Below are positions 19,227 through 30,079 of a stretch of 64,000 nucleotides of DNA, piece by piece. The notes beneath the pieces were generated by a model. It ran no database searches, was not told the DNA's origin, and saw nothing but the letters and a program-made list of their open reading frames with translations. Position 1 is the stretch's first letter. Each line of letters opens with the position of its first letter. The position numbers were made by a program, and so were the translations under genes. Source of the DNA: a bacterium (lineage in GTDB: Bacteria; SM23-31); the NCBI GenBank assembly GCA_965249485.1, contig OZ252239.1, positions 864,001 to 928,000 of the forward strand. The letters run 5' to 3'.

Positions 19227-19574
19227 ATGGCTGATATAAAATGGTATTACCACCGCACCGGTTGAACATCCTGTAAACGGTCGCAGGGGTTCCTTGCGGA
19301 TAATGCTTTAGAATTTGAAACTCTCGAAAGCACATCAAAAAAGAAGTACACCTCGGACGATATACCTGGATTGCTCAACGGCATTGATGAGATCTATGTC
19401 GGGAAGGGGACAAAGGTTGTCCATTTCGATCTACGGAAAGATAAACCGACCGCTGACGAATTGAACAGTGTTCTTTTGGGACGGTCGGGTACACTCCGGG
19501 CACCATCGATGAAGGCAGAGAAAACGCTCATCGTCGGATTCAACGAGGAGATGTACCGAAACGTATTCGGGTAA
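19227..19574 (+). CDS. ArsC/Spx-like thioredoxin-fold selenoprotein (UxxC; Sec codon 19263-19265), 115 aa
   Basis: GGAG RBS and ATG 19227 give MADIKWYYHRTG-TGA-TSCKRSQ, in frame with the listed ORF 19371-19574 (LGRSGTLRAP...LIVGFNEE). Confidence 0.85.
19282..19298 (+). promoter_or_regulatory. SECIS-like hairpin
   Basis: CGCAGGG-GTT-CCTTGCG begins 16 nt after the TGA, with G first in the loop. Confidence 0.55.
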
Positions 19575-19590
19575 AAAATGTTTGTTATTC

Positions 19591-19618
19591 AAAGGGTCTG
19601 CAAAGCAGGCCCTTTTTT
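19591..19618 (+). terminator. Rho-independent terminator
   Basis: AAAGGGTCTGC-AAA-GCAGGCCCTTTTTT. Confidence 0.8.
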
Positions 19619-19756
19619 GCTGCAGCAGCCTCCATTTTTTCCAACACTGTCTTGACTTTGTAGAAGGTTTTACCTATTTTTTCTACTAGTATAACTCATT
19701 CTCAAAAACACTCTCAACAGATGTTTTATCCATTCACTAATCCGACTTTTTGACAG

Positions 19757-20650
19757 ATGGCAGACAGTATTCAGGATATTCTCGGCAAAAAATTCGAGGT
19801 TCTTAAAAACGGATTTGTGGTGCTTGTCGATGTAATGGGTGACGATTCCTCCATTGTACAGGCCGCACGTGTCAGTTACGGCAAAGGGACAAAAAAAGTG
19901 AGCCAGGACCGGGGGCTGATCAGGTATCTCATGCGTCACCGCCACACGACTCCGCTCGAAATGGTCGAATTCAAATTTCTCGTCAAGCTTCCGATCTTTG
20001 TCGCCCGACAGTGGATTCGCCATAGGACGGCAAACGTCAATGAATACTCTGCCCGCTATTCGGTTCTTGAAGATGAGTTTTATATTCCAGAGACCGGATT
20101 TCTTGCAGAACAATCGACCTCGAACAGACAGGGTAGAGAAGACGTGGTCCCGCTGGAAGAAGCCGAACAGATCCGCTCATCGATTATTGAGCACAGCGAA
20201 AAATCATATAGCCTCTATGAATACCTCTTGAATGAAGAGGGTGAAAACGAAGATACCAAGCGGAGCAAACTTGCACGTGAGCTTGCCCGGATTGTTATTC
20301 CTACCAATGTATATACCCAGTGGTACTGGAAAATAGACCTCCACAATTTCTTCCATTTTTTGTCCCTCAGAATGGACAGTCACGCCCAGTATGAAATACG
20401 CGAATATGCGAATGTCATGGCCGACATGGTCAAGGCGGCCGTTCCCGTCGCGTATGAAGCCTTCGAAGATTACATGCTGAACGCAATGCGTTTAACAGGT
20501 TTAGAAATAGATATTCTCGGCCCGATTTTGCAGAAAGCTGGGATCACCGAACAGCAGCTTGAAGATGCTTGTGAAGCTGCCGGATTATCAAACAAACGGG
20601 AAAAACAGGAGTTTTTCGACAAGATGAAACGGATCTCAAACAGCAAATAG
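19757..20650 (+). CDS. thyX: FAD-dependent thymidylate synthase
   Basis: AARVSY, HTTPLE, PIFVARQWIRHR, NEYSARY, RELAR, LRMDSHAQYEIR. Confidence 0.97.
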   Translation: MADSIQDILGKKFEVLKNGFVVLVDVMGDDSSIVQAARVSYGKGTKKVSQDRGLIRYLMRHRHTTPLEMVEFKFLVKLPIFVARQWIRHRTANVNEYSARYSVLEDEFYIPETGFLAEQSTSNRQGREDVVPLEEAEQIRSSIIEHSEKSYSLYEYLLNEEGENEDTKRSKLARELARIVIPTNVYTQWYWKIDLHNFFHFLSLRMDSHAQYEIREYANVMADMVKAAVPVAYEAFEDYMLNAMRLTGLEIDILGPILQKAGITEQQLEDACEAAGLSNKREKQEFFDKMKRISNSK

Positions 20651-20750
20651 TTATTGCTATAATCCTGTTCGTTTGATTGTGTTACGGATCGAACTGTTGC
20701 AAAAATCGGCACTACATAAAATCAATATAAATCTTCCATATAGATAAAAA

Positions 20751-20801
20751 TCTTTTCGACCGGAGGGCTGATTTATAATCGGCTCGAAGCGGGGAAATCT
20801 C
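20751..20801 (+). repeat. Dispersed REP-like repeat, copy 2
   Basis: TTTTCGACCGGAG..TGATTT.TAATCGGCTCGAAGCGGGGAAATCTC. Confidence 0.65.
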
Positions 20802-20874
20802 TGACCTTGTTATATTAACATTATATGTTTTTAATACACACTGACCTCCACAAAAAAGAATAAGGAGGACTACC

Positions 20875-21879
20875 ATGAGTACTATCCTGAATCGGCGGAC
20901 ATTCATGAAAAGCTCACTTGCTGGAATGGCCGCACTACCCGCACTGAATACCAACTTGTCTATCCCCAGCCGTTCAACAGACACGACAAAAATAGCACTT
21001 ATCAAAACCAGTGACCGGAATAAAGGTGTCACACAGGCGATGAAACTACTCGATCTGACCGGTGTGAACGGGAAACGGGTCATGCTGAAACCGAATTTTA
21101 ATTCGGCCGATACTGCACCGGGTTCAACCCACAATGATACCTTGTCCCGACTCGTCTACGAACTGCATGAGCGGGGTGCACGGAGAATAACACTCGGAGA
21201 ATCGAGCGGACCGACCAATACAAAACGCGTTATGGAGAACAAAGGAATTTTTGACATGGCTGACGAGCTCGATTTTGGTATTGTCAACTATGATGATATT
21301 TCTGATAAAGAGTGGATCAATTATCCGGAAGAGGGTACACACTGGCCGGGTGGATATTACCTGCCGGAGCATGTTGTCAAAGCAGAATATAACGTTTCGA
21401 CGTGCTGTCTGTAAACACACCAGTATGGCGGTGTGTTTACAATGTCACTCAATTTGTCGGTTGGTCTTACACCGAAATCGATTCGCAGTAGCGACCCGAG
21501 ACGGACAATGCACCGGTCATCTGATATGAGGCGTATGATTGCCGAACTGAATAGCGGCTACAGACCACAGTTAATAGTGCTTGACGGAATCGATGCGTTT
21601 GTCGATGGCGGACCCTCTGAAGGAGAATTGAAAAAAGCCAATGTCATGATTGCCGGTCACGACCGTATCGCGGTTGATGCAGTCGGTATTGCCGTTCTGA
21701 AGGAACTCGGCTCGAATAAAGCTATAATGAACACGAAGATTTTCGAGCAGGAGCAGATTGCCCGCTCTGTCGAGCTCGGTCTTGGTGTAACCGGTCCAGG
21801 ACAGATTGAAATAGTAACGCCCGACGATGAGAGCCGGGCGTATGCAAATGTGTTGAAACCTATACTTGCGCAGGGATAA
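20875..21879 (+). pseudogene. Tat-exported DUF362 family protein with a premature TAA at 21412-21414
   Basis: NRRTFMK; VMLKPNFNSAD..PGST; CCL*THQYGGVFTMSL continues in frame (expected LKTH, AAA to TAA); DRIAVDAV. Confidence 0.8.
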
Positions 21880-21907
21880 GTGTGGAATTTGCCCTGAAAC
21901 GGGATAC

Positions 21908-22576
21908 CTAATCTTGCATTTGAAGGGCCGCTTTTTTCAGTTTTTCGTTGGCGTAGACAGCAATCTCAACCCGCCGGTTGAGCTGCCGGCCTGCATTGGT
22001 TTCATTCGTTGCTACCGGAATATCGGGACCGTGTCCGACAACATTAATACGCTGAATTTCAACACCATGGGTAACTGAATAATTAGCGACTGATTCTGCA
22101 CGTTTCTCGGACAGGTCCATATTGAAATCGTATGAACCTGTTGCATCCGTATGACCTTCGATCTGGATATTTGTATCGGGGTATTTTAAGAGAATTCCAG
22201 ACAGTTTTTCAACGTTTTTCTTCGCCTCGAATTGTAGTTCCGAACTGCTCACCTCGAAAAGAATTCCGGAATCGAACGTGATTTTGATCCCTTCGCCGAT
22301 CCGCTCAACCTGTGCGCCTTCGAGATCACGCTGCATCTCTTCAGCCTGCTTATCCATCTGTCTGCCGATATAGGCGCCCGCTGCACCGCCGATTGCTGCA
22401 CCGAGAAGTACTCCTACTGCTGTATTGTCGTTATTTTCTCCGATAATTCCACCGATAATTGCGCCTGCGCTCGCCCCGATTGTCGCCCCTCTTGTCTGGT
22501 TGCTCGCCGAACAACCTCCAAGCAATGACCCGATGAGTAGGAATGTAATTGTATAGTAAAAAATTCGCCTGTCCAT
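21908..22576 (-). CDS. OmpA-family lipoprotein with glycine zipper
   Basis: LGGC lipobox, IEGHTD, LSEKRA, NRRVEI. Confidence 0.95.
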   Translation of the reverse strand: MDRRIFYYTITFLLIGSLLGGCSASNQTRGATIGASAGAIIGGIIGENNDNTAVGVLLGAAIGGAAGAYIGRQMDKQAEEMQRDLEGAQVERIGEGIKITFDSGILFEVSSSELQFEAKKNVEKLSGILLKYPDTNIQIEGHTDATGSYDFNMDLSEKRAESVANYSVTHGVEIQRINVVGHGPDIPVATNETNAGRQLNRRVEIAVYANEKLKKAALQMQD

Positions 22577-22666
22577 CCGTACCTCCGTTATGTGGTTGTG
22601 CTACGGGAAATATACAAAAAAAGTTCAATGCCGGAAAGTAAAATACTATGCAGAGCGCAATAAAAA

Positions 22667-22695
22667 TTGACATTGCCCCCGTACTGCATTATATT
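22667..22695 (+). promoter_or_regulatory. sigma70 promoter candidate
   Basis: TTGACA-N17-TATATT. Confidence 0.55.
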
Positions 22696-22759
22696 TTCAT
22701 ACAACCGAAATGGCTTGTCTGTTCCATATGAATTAAATTATTCTGAAATAAGATGTACT

Positions 22760-23233
22760 ATGAGCGAACAGGTAAAAAAAGAAGCGATGGCTGAAAGGCC
22801 AGACAGTAATAAAGATTATTACTACCGGCTGCGGAAAAAAATCGAATCCTGGCTGACGGACAAGGGGACAACAAAAAAAGCCGCCGAAGTGATCATGCTT
22901 GCGCCTGATATGTTCTATCTGCTCTGGAAACTGTCCATCGATAACGAAGTTTCTTTCAAATCACGGGGAATCCTTGCCGCTGCAGTAATCTATTTTATTT
23001 CGCCACTCGATCTTATGCCCGAACTGATATTCGGACCGATGGGATTCCTTGATGATATCGCACTTGGCGCCTATGTCCTGAACCTGATCATCAATGATAC
23101 TCCGCCGCAGACAATCAAGAAATACTGGGTGGGAGAGAATGATCTCCTCATGGTTGTCAAAAGCATCCTCCTCAACGCCGACCGCCTCCTTGGTAAAGGT
23201 CTCTGGAACCGTCTGAAACGGCGGTTGAAGTAA
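22760..23233 (+). CDS. YkvA/DUF1232 family membrane protein
   Basis: YFISPLDLMPE..FGPMGFLDD. Confidence 0.88.
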   Translation: MSEQVKKEAMAERPDSNKDYYYRLRKKIESWLTDKGTTKKAAEVIMLAPDMFYLLWKLSIDNEVSFKSRGILAAAVIYFISPLDLMPELIFGPMGFLDDIALGAYVLNLIINDTPPQTIKKYWVGENDLLMVVKSILLNADRLLGKGLWNRLKRRLK

Positions 23234-23255
23234 ATCTACAAGACGGTTTCTAATA

Positions 23256-23474
23256 TTACTTACTCATCAATCTATCCACACTCAACCTATCTTTCTCTCC
23301 CGGCATAATTAGAACAATTGTAAGCAACACTAGAAGTGGGAAGATGTCGTCTGACATGTAAAAGAACGACTCCTTGAGGAGGTGGTGGTAGGTCACGATG
23401 ACTAATATTGAGCTAAGAATCGCACAGCTTTTCTTCACTCTAAATCCAAGCGTCCAGAGAAGCCATACTGGCAT
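23256..23474 (-). pseudogene. Truncated, internally deleted copy of the DoxX-like gene at 27443-27868
   Basis: MPVWLLW, LGFRVKKS, TY.HL.KE.F..MS.DIF and D.LSVD are shared with the other copy; 17 codons are missing. Confidence 0.75.
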
Positions 23475-23604
23475 CTGGTATCAGGAATTCGGTAATCTTG
23501 CAACAGCTTGCGTGTGCGGTTCAATGGCAGAATTCAGCTTTTCAAGCTGAGAACGTGGATCGATTGCCATCACCCGCTCCAGATTTTAAAGAGTCGGTGT
23601 TTCC

Positions 23605-25311
23605 CTAAAGATCTTCTGTCACCATAGTGATGTCATCACTATTCCCGGTCATTTCCCATCTTATGAGTGACATCGGGATGATACCGGCCGACAGAAATTC
23701 ATCGATAAAGTCCTTGAGCACGAATTTCTCATCCAACTCCTGCGCGCGTTCTCTGAACAGCTTCATAAAATAGGCTTTACCTGTGACAACATTACTATGA
23801 AAGCCTCCGGGGCTGCGAATGTTTGATTGCATTTCAAACCAGACCATACGTTCCTCTTCCTGCGACCAGCCGCGCGGCATAATCTCTGCGCAGAGACGCC
23901 GTGCTTCAGCCAAATTGATTTCATTGGCATGCATTTTCATGTCCGGTATTGAAAGGCTCATATGTGAAGCGTTCATCAGGTATTCCATTTCTCTGCCTTT
24001 GCGTGGCCGTTCGTCAAGTACACCGGCTTGCATTAACAATTCCTCGAGTGCTACAGCCCATCCTTCCGTCCGCATCGAACCCATGTTGAAATGCCGTCGT
24101 GCTGCACGGATTGGGCTTAGTTTAATACGACTCTGTCTTTGTCCATCAAGCATATGACCAATGTACTCATGGGTTTCGCCCGGCAATAATTCACGCTGGC
24201 GGTATTTCGTGTCGACACTGGAGTTTTCGGGCAGGTATCGTTCACTGGGTTGGTCACTAAGCTCAGAGAGGTTTTCCGCACCACGACGGCCACGTTGGTA
24301 ATAGTCTGCAGGGTCCACCCAGTCATCAATGGTCATGATGTCATCTCTCAGAAAGTCAACAACATAATGGAGCGCTTGACGCAGGTTCATTTGCCATGCC
24401 CTATCTGACATTGCTACCTTGAGTGGTGGTAATTTACGGTTTCTGTGCTCTTCCAGCTTCAGAAAAGTAATGACGCGATCATATTCTCTCTGGATAATTG
24501 CATTGCATTCTTCCCAACCCCAGGGAGACAGTTGCACATTTCTCATCCACCAGCTGTAATTATCCTTGCCCATCCCGGCCGGTTCCGTCATACTATCTCT
24601 GTTTTCTGCCAACCATTTAGTATAGTCTCTTACTGCATTCCCGGCACTTTTTGCATCGGCAGCCAGGTCTGGATGATGCTCCTGCAACCGTTCGGCAAAA
24701 CCATCATACGATTCGGCTTCATTCCCAATATTCCGTATCGCAAAGTCGGCAAAGTCACCTGATGCTTCAATCAGGTTGCTTTTCGCCTGTTCATAAAGTT
24801 CCGGAATGGCTGTTAGGGTTGCCCGGACCTGTGCTTGCTGTTCCTCTGACAAAGAAGATTCCATGTCACGAAGTCCAAAAAGAGGAGCGAAGAAGCCTGG
24901 CGTGTTCATGGAAGCCCCCGCATCTCCCCCCCTCATCGAGTAGAATCCGGGGTCACGCGCCCACGGCTTGTACACTTTGTGATGGAATTCCAGGGCGTTC
25001 ATTTCCGCACGCACCAGATGATAATCCACTTTTTGAGAAACCGGCCACTCATCACTGTTTATCGCAGCCAACCGATTTTGAAACTGTTGCAATCCACGGT
25101 ATTTTTTTTCAATAGCGGCAGGTGTGTAATCGGGTACGCCGTTAGTGATTTCTGCTTCCTGAAACTCGCGGAACTCATTAAACAAACTGACAAGATCATC
25201 ATAATTACTGGTCGTGACTACATCAATCCCGCCACTTTCGGCAGAGCAATAAAACATTGTCAGAACGGCCAAAAAGATAGGAACGACGAAAAAATACTTA
25301 GGCTTAAACAT
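23605..25311 (-). CDS. DUF885-like secreted protein or lipoprotein
   Basis: KPWARDPGFY, PGETHEYIGH, EGWA..LEE, F.LKDF.DEFL..G.IP..LIRWEM. Confidence 0.75.
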   Translation of the reverse strand: MFKPKYFFVVPIFLAVLTMFYCSAESGGIDVVTTSNYDDLVSLFNEFREFQEAEITNGVPDYTPAAIEKKYRGLQQFQNRLAAINSDEWPVSQKVDYHLVRAEMNALEFHHKVYKPWARDPGFYSMRGGDAGASMNTPGFFAPLFGLRDMESSLSEEQQAQVRATLTAIPELYEQAKSNLIEASGDFADFAIRNIGNEAESYDGFAERLQEHHPDLAADAKSAGNAVRDYTKWLAENRDSMTEPAGMGKDNYSWWMRNVQLSPWGWEECNAIIQREYDRVITFLKLEEHRNRKLPPLKVAMSDRAWQMNLRQALHYVVDFLRDDIMTIDDWVDPADYYQRGRRGAENLSELSDQPSERYLPENSSVDTKYRQRELLPGETHEYIGHMLDGQRQSRIKLSPIRAARRHFNMGSMRTEGWAVALEELLMQAGVLDERPRKGREMEYLMNASHMSLSIPDMKMHANEINLAEARRLCAEIMPRGWSQEEERMVWFEMQSNIRSPGGFHSNVVTGKAYFMKLFRERAQELDEKFVLKDFIDEFLSAGIIPMSLIRWEMTGNSDDITMVTEDL

Positions 25312-25472
25312 GAATTAAACCTCCTCCATTAGATTAATTATGAAAAGAATAGGTTGGATAATTTTCATAGAATGCCTTACCTGAATCGGTGTAAATGTGT
25401 GTAATTAGAGCGGCAAAACCTCAGTAACGTGCCGATTAATAATACCTGAGTCTCCTTTGTGTATTATATATT

Positions 25473-25514
25473 ATATCCCCATATCAATATTTTGAAAGAG
25501 ATCAATGGGGATAT
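25473..25514. terminator. Stem-loop downstream of the GGT-like gene
   Basis: ATATCCCCAT...ATGGGGATAT. Confidence 0.35.
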
Positions 25515-25529
25515 TGTTAATTTTCAGTA

Positions 25530-27262
25530 CTAATACCCTTCAGCGTATCCCAACCTGCGGGGATCGGAAACGCCATGCAGTTTTCCAGTTTCTTCATCCC
25601 GCCATACAACCTGAAATGATCCGGTATGCCAGTTATAATCGGTCATATCCTGTATATTAAAACCCCGTTTTTTCAAATCTTTTCTGACCTGATCGGATAT
25701 CCGGGATTCCGTGCGAATTGTCCGGTAATCTTCGCCTTGCGGTCTGAACCGTGGCGCTGCTACAGCATCTCTAGGATACATACCATACTCAAAAATATTC
25801 AATAATACTTCTGTTACATTCTGCGGCGGTGATCCGGGAGTTCCCAGCGCCATAAAAGGTTTACCTCTTTTGCGATCATCATACTGGTGATTGGATGTAT
25901 GACTCTTCTGCCAGGTCCTGCGACATCTCCTGGAAAACCACTGCCGTTTGCTTCAACACCGTCGATAAACACGCCGGCTGTTCCGCCATGTCCCGTATGT
26001 AAACTGGATATCCAATTTCCATCGGAATCCACAATGGTGTTATGATTGCTGCCAGTATAACGGTCGTTATAGCTCTGGAGACTATTTGCACCAAGTAGCG
26101 TTTTTTTTTGTGCATCTACTGAAGCAGAAAGATCGATATTCGGCCGCAATGCAGAATTTCTAATATATTCAGCACCCATTTTACCATACTCTTTCGAAAG
26201 AAGCAGGTCGGATGGAGAATAATAATTCGCCGGATCACGCAGCGGCCGCACTTCGGAATGGACCCGCCCCGACGTTCTAAAAATGAGCTCCATCGCCTCT
26301 GCCGATTCGGTATAATGGCCTATTTCACTTAAATTAAAATTTTCCAGAATGTTCAAATTATATCCGACAATGAGCCCGCCATCACTCGGTGACGGTTCGG
26401 AAATAATTTCATAGCCGTTAAATGTTGTTCTGAGTGGCTCCTGCCATCGAATTTTGTATTCGGCCATATCTTCCATCGATACACGCCCGCCGAGCTCATT
26501 CGACTTCACAACAAACTTTCGTCCCCATTCGCCGGTATACATATAATCAGGACCTTCGATAGCAAGTCTCTTGAGATGTTCGGCAAGTGCAGGCATTTTC
26601 CATCGCTGACCCACCGGCACCAGGAAACCGTTCGGCATATAAAATTTCCGTGCTTCTTCGTTATTGATCAGATCACGGACACCTCCCGGCCAGCGGTCAT
26701 CGAGCGTTTCCCATGCCGCATAAATTATCCCATACATATATGATGTAACAACAACACCTTCTTCCGCAGCTTTAATTGCCGGCTGCAGGTAATAGCTCCA
26801 CTCTCTTGTCCCATATCGTTTCCAAAGATCGCCCAGCGCCTTAACTGTTCCACCGATAGCAACCATATTGGGATCGCCTTTTTCGCTTCTTGAAGCAAGC
26901 GGGCGCTCACTGACCCCATCAAAATAGCGAAATTTTTCGGTTTCAGCTTCATAGATAATTCCGGCTATCATACCCCGTGGTGAGATCATATGAGGTTCGG
27001 TCACTTGCTGGTGAAAAGCCGCTGTTATATACGCATCAAAAGCATTTCCACCATCTTTCAAAACATCCAGTGCAACCTGTGTTGTTGCGTACGTTTGTGT
27101 AGCCACCATTGCATTATCTGCCGATGATTCAATTTTCGGTCCCTGATTTATTAAAGGATCGGAAATATCTGTAAGCTGTTGATCCTGTGCTTTCACACCC
27201 GCATTTATCAATAAAACAAACACAAGTGTAACCAAGGTTAGATGCCTGTTAAATACCATCAT
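25530..27262 (-). pseudogene. ggt: Gamma-glutamyltransferase family protein, frameshifted at ~25865
   Basis: L..GGNAFDA, PAI.AAEEG; MIAK-[one base missing]-GKPFMALGTPG; APRF; GVSDPRR.G.AEGY. Confidence 0.8.
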
Positions 27263-27442
27263 ACTATTTCTCCTTAGATATTAATGTATTTTTGTTTAAG
27301 AAGATTTTTCAAATCTGTGGGCTGAAATTTAATTAGAAATTGAGAAACGCACTATTTGAGAATCAGTCTAATATAACACCTACTATTCCCTCTGTCAATT
27401 CAATAAAGTTGAGTACGGATAATATATTAATGGTGATGGAAA

Positions 27443-27868
27443 TCAACCTATCATCTTGTCAACACTCAGCAGATCTTTTACTCCCGGCACCATAAAAACA
27501 AATACAACCAGCACAAGAAGTAGAAAGATGTCGCCTGACATATCGAAGAACATTTCTTTGAAGAGGTGGCAGTAGGTCACAATGACTATTATCGATCCAA
27601 GAACTGTGCTGCTTTTTTTCACTCTGAATCCAAGACATACTAGTCCACACTCGAGAAATTCGAGGTAAGGTACCAGAAATCCAGGCATCCAGAGAAGCCA
27701 TACTGGCATCCAGTTACTCTGATATTCACCGACAAAATTATCTCCGGCAAATGCAACCTCGCCGATTGATAACGACTTGAAAAATGCCGGTATCAGAAAG
27801 ATTGATCCCAAAATCCAGCGAACAAAAGACAGTGCCAATGCGCTTCCGTCTATTGTTGATTTTCTCAT
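27443..27868 (-). CDS. DoxX-like membrane protein
   Basis: RBS AAGGA with ATG 27868; RWILG..F....FK, VPYLEF..G..V.LGFR; four hydrophobic segments. Confidence 0.65.
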   Translation of the reverse strand: MRKSTIDGSALALSFVRWILGSIFLIPAFFKSLSIGEVAFAGDNFVGEYQSNWMPVWLLWMPGFLVPYLEFLECGLVCLGFRVKKSSTVLGSIIVIVTYCHLFKEMFFDMSGDIFLLLVLVVFVFMVPGVKDLLSVDKMIG

Positions 27869-28077
27869 AATTTTTCCTTGTGTAGTGTCTATTAAATTAA
27901 ACCGTGCTAAACTATTAGATGAATGTAGTATGGTAATGAACTTTCTTAAAATACGCTTTTTGCACACGCTGTTCCCCAATGACTCCACCAATTCTTTTGA
28001 CATTGTCACTGCTCTGTTCTATATTGCCACTTTTTACAATGATAGAATCGTTTAATAAACATATAATGGATTGAATA

Positions 28078-30060
28078 ATGAAAAGTCTATGGAACGAACA
28101 GGTAGCTAAAAACTATGTACACGACCCGCTGCAGATGCGTGTTTACTCGTCGCGGCTTATTGGGCAGGACGAATCACTCGTACTCCACGGCGGTGGAAAC
28201 ACCTCAGTAAAAGCGTTGGTTACCGATATTTTTGATGAAACATTTGAGGTGCTGTATGTCAAAGGAAGCGGCTGGGATCTCGCAACCATCGAAGCGGAAG
28301 GATTTGCTCCGGTCAGGCTCGAAACGCTCAAGAAAATGGCTGAGTTCAAATCGCTCAGCGATACTGATATGGTTCTTGCTCAACGGGCTGCAATGACCGA
28401 CCCGCAGGCGCCCAATCCCTCTGTCGAAGCGATTTTGCATGCCAACATCCCCTACACCTTTGTCGACCACACCCACGCTGATGCCGTTGTCGCGGTCACC
28501 AACACCGACAATGGTGAAGAAAGAATACGCGAAATCTACGGCAATAGAGTGCTTGTCATTCCGTATGTTATGCCCGGATTTGAACTCGCGCGCTATATCT
28601 ACGAAAAAACACGGGACACTGACTGGAACACCATCGACGGGATGGTGCTGCTGCATCACGGGATATTCACCTTTCATGACGATGCACAAGCAAGTTATGA
28701 GATGATGATTGAACTCGTATCGCTCGCGGAAGATTATCTTTCACAAAAAGGCGCTAATCAGCCTGTAAAAGAAACTACTGAGAGTGTACCTGATATTCCT
28801 TTAAACACAATTGCTCATCTCCGGAAGGAATTGTCAAAATCCGCCGGATTTCCTATGATTGTGCAGCTCAATACCGGCGAAATGGATCGTGGTTTTGCAA
28901 GCCGGCCCGATGCAGGCGACATTGCAGTGAGAGGTCCGCTTACACCCGATCATGTTATCAGGACCAAGCGGATCCCATTAGTGCTCACGAACGACATTAC
29001 TGAAAACGTTACTCACTATAAAGAGGAATATGAGGCCTATTTCAAGAGACATTCCAGCAGTGAGCTGACAATGGTCGACCCGGCGCCGCGCTGGATCGTC
29101 TGGCCGAAGATAGGTACTGCATCTGCTGGCAAAAACCTGAAAGCGATTCGGATCACGAACGATATTGTGCGCCACACCATAACTGCTATTCAGTGGTGTG
29201 AAGCTCTTGGTGGTTGGAAGGCACTGCCGGAGAAAGACATATGCGATATCGAGTATTGGGAGCTTGAGCAGGCGAAATTAAAGAAAAACGGCGGAAAATC
29301 CTTGCAGTTTGAGGGTAAGATTGCCCTCGTAACCGGAGCAGCAAGTGGGATCGGGAAAGCGTGTGTCGAGGCACTACTTACTGAAGGTGCCGTTGTTGCC
29401 GCTCTCGATATCAATCCCGATTTAAAGAAAGTCTTTTCTGACAGCCGGATTCTTCCGGTTGTCTGTGATGTGACCGATGAAGACAGCATAGGACATGCCC
29501 TCAGGCAGACCGTTCTCCGCTTTGGCGGGCTCGATATTCTCATCAGCAATGCCGGTGTTTTTACAAAGAGCAGTGGTCTTGACGAAATGGAACCGGACAT
29601 CTGGGAAAAAAGCCTTGCTCTCAACCTTACTTCGCATCAGCGGCTTCTAAAAGCGGCGATTCCCTTTCTGAAGCACGGAATCGATCCTGCTGTTGTGTAT
29701 ATCGGCTCCAAGAATGTTCCAGCGCCGGGACCCGGTGCAGGTGCCTATTCGGTTGCAAAGGCCGGCCTGACACAGCTCAGCCGGGTGGCCGCGCTTGAAT
29801 TGGGACAATTCGGAATACGTGTCAATGTTATCCATCCGAATATGGTATTCGATACTGCTATCTGGACTGATGAGGTATTACAGGAGCGGGCTGCACAGTA
29901 CAACATGAGTGTCGAGGAGTACAAAACGAATAACCTGTTGAAAACCGAAGTCACATCTTGGAATGTTGCTGAACTTGCTGTATCGATGGCAGGCACAGCA
30001 TTTGCCAAATCTACAGGCACACAGGTCTCCGTTGATGGGGGAAATGAACGCGTCGTTTGA
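28078..30060 (+). CDS. Bifunctional class II aldolase / short-chain dehydrogenase (RhaD-like)
   Basis: SRLIG...LVLHGGGNTSVK, PSVE..LH, DHTH, TPDH, TGAASGIG, YSVAK, DGGNE. Confidence 0.92.
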   Translation: MKSLWNEQVAKNYVHDPLQMRVYSSRLIGQDESLVLHGGGNTSVKALVTDIFDETFEVLYVKGSGWDLATIEAEGFAPVRLETLKKMAEFKSLSDTDMVLAQRAAMTDPQAPNPSVEAILHANIPYTFVDHTHADAVVAVTNTDNGEERIREIYGNRVLVIPYVMPGFELARYIYEKTRDTDWNTIDGMVLLHHGIFTFHDDAQASYEMMIELVSLAEDYLSQKGANQPVKETTESVPDIPLNTIAHLRKELSKSAGFPMIVQLNTGEMDRGFASRPDAGDIAVRGPLTPDHVIRTKRIPLVLTNDITENVTHYKEEYEAYFKRHSSSELTMVDPAPRWIVWPKIGTASAGKNLKAIRITNDIVRHTITAIQWCEALGGWKALPEKDICDIEYWELEQAKLKKNGGKSLQFEGKIALVTGAASGIGKACVEALLTEGAVVAALDINPDLKKVFSDSRILPVVCDVTDEDSIGHALRQTVLRFGGLDILISNAGVFTKSSGLDEMEPDIWEKSLALNLTSHQRLLKAAIPFLKHGIDPAVVYIGSKNVPAPGPGAGAYSVAKAGLTQLSRVAALELGQFGIRVNVIHPNMVFDTAIWTDEVLQERAAQYNMSVEEYKTNNLLKTEVTSWNVAELAVSMAGTAFAKSTGTQVSVDGGNERVV

Positions 30061-30079
30061 GCAATAATACGGCTAGTTT

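Noticed and set aside
21412..21414. TAA read-through or an alternative genetic code
   Set aside because: TAA is the ordinary stop across the window; a single AAA to TAA change explains it.
22667..22759. N-terminal extension of the DUF1232 ORF
   Set aside because: The TTG start is part of a TTGACA -35 box; ATG 22760 is more plausible.
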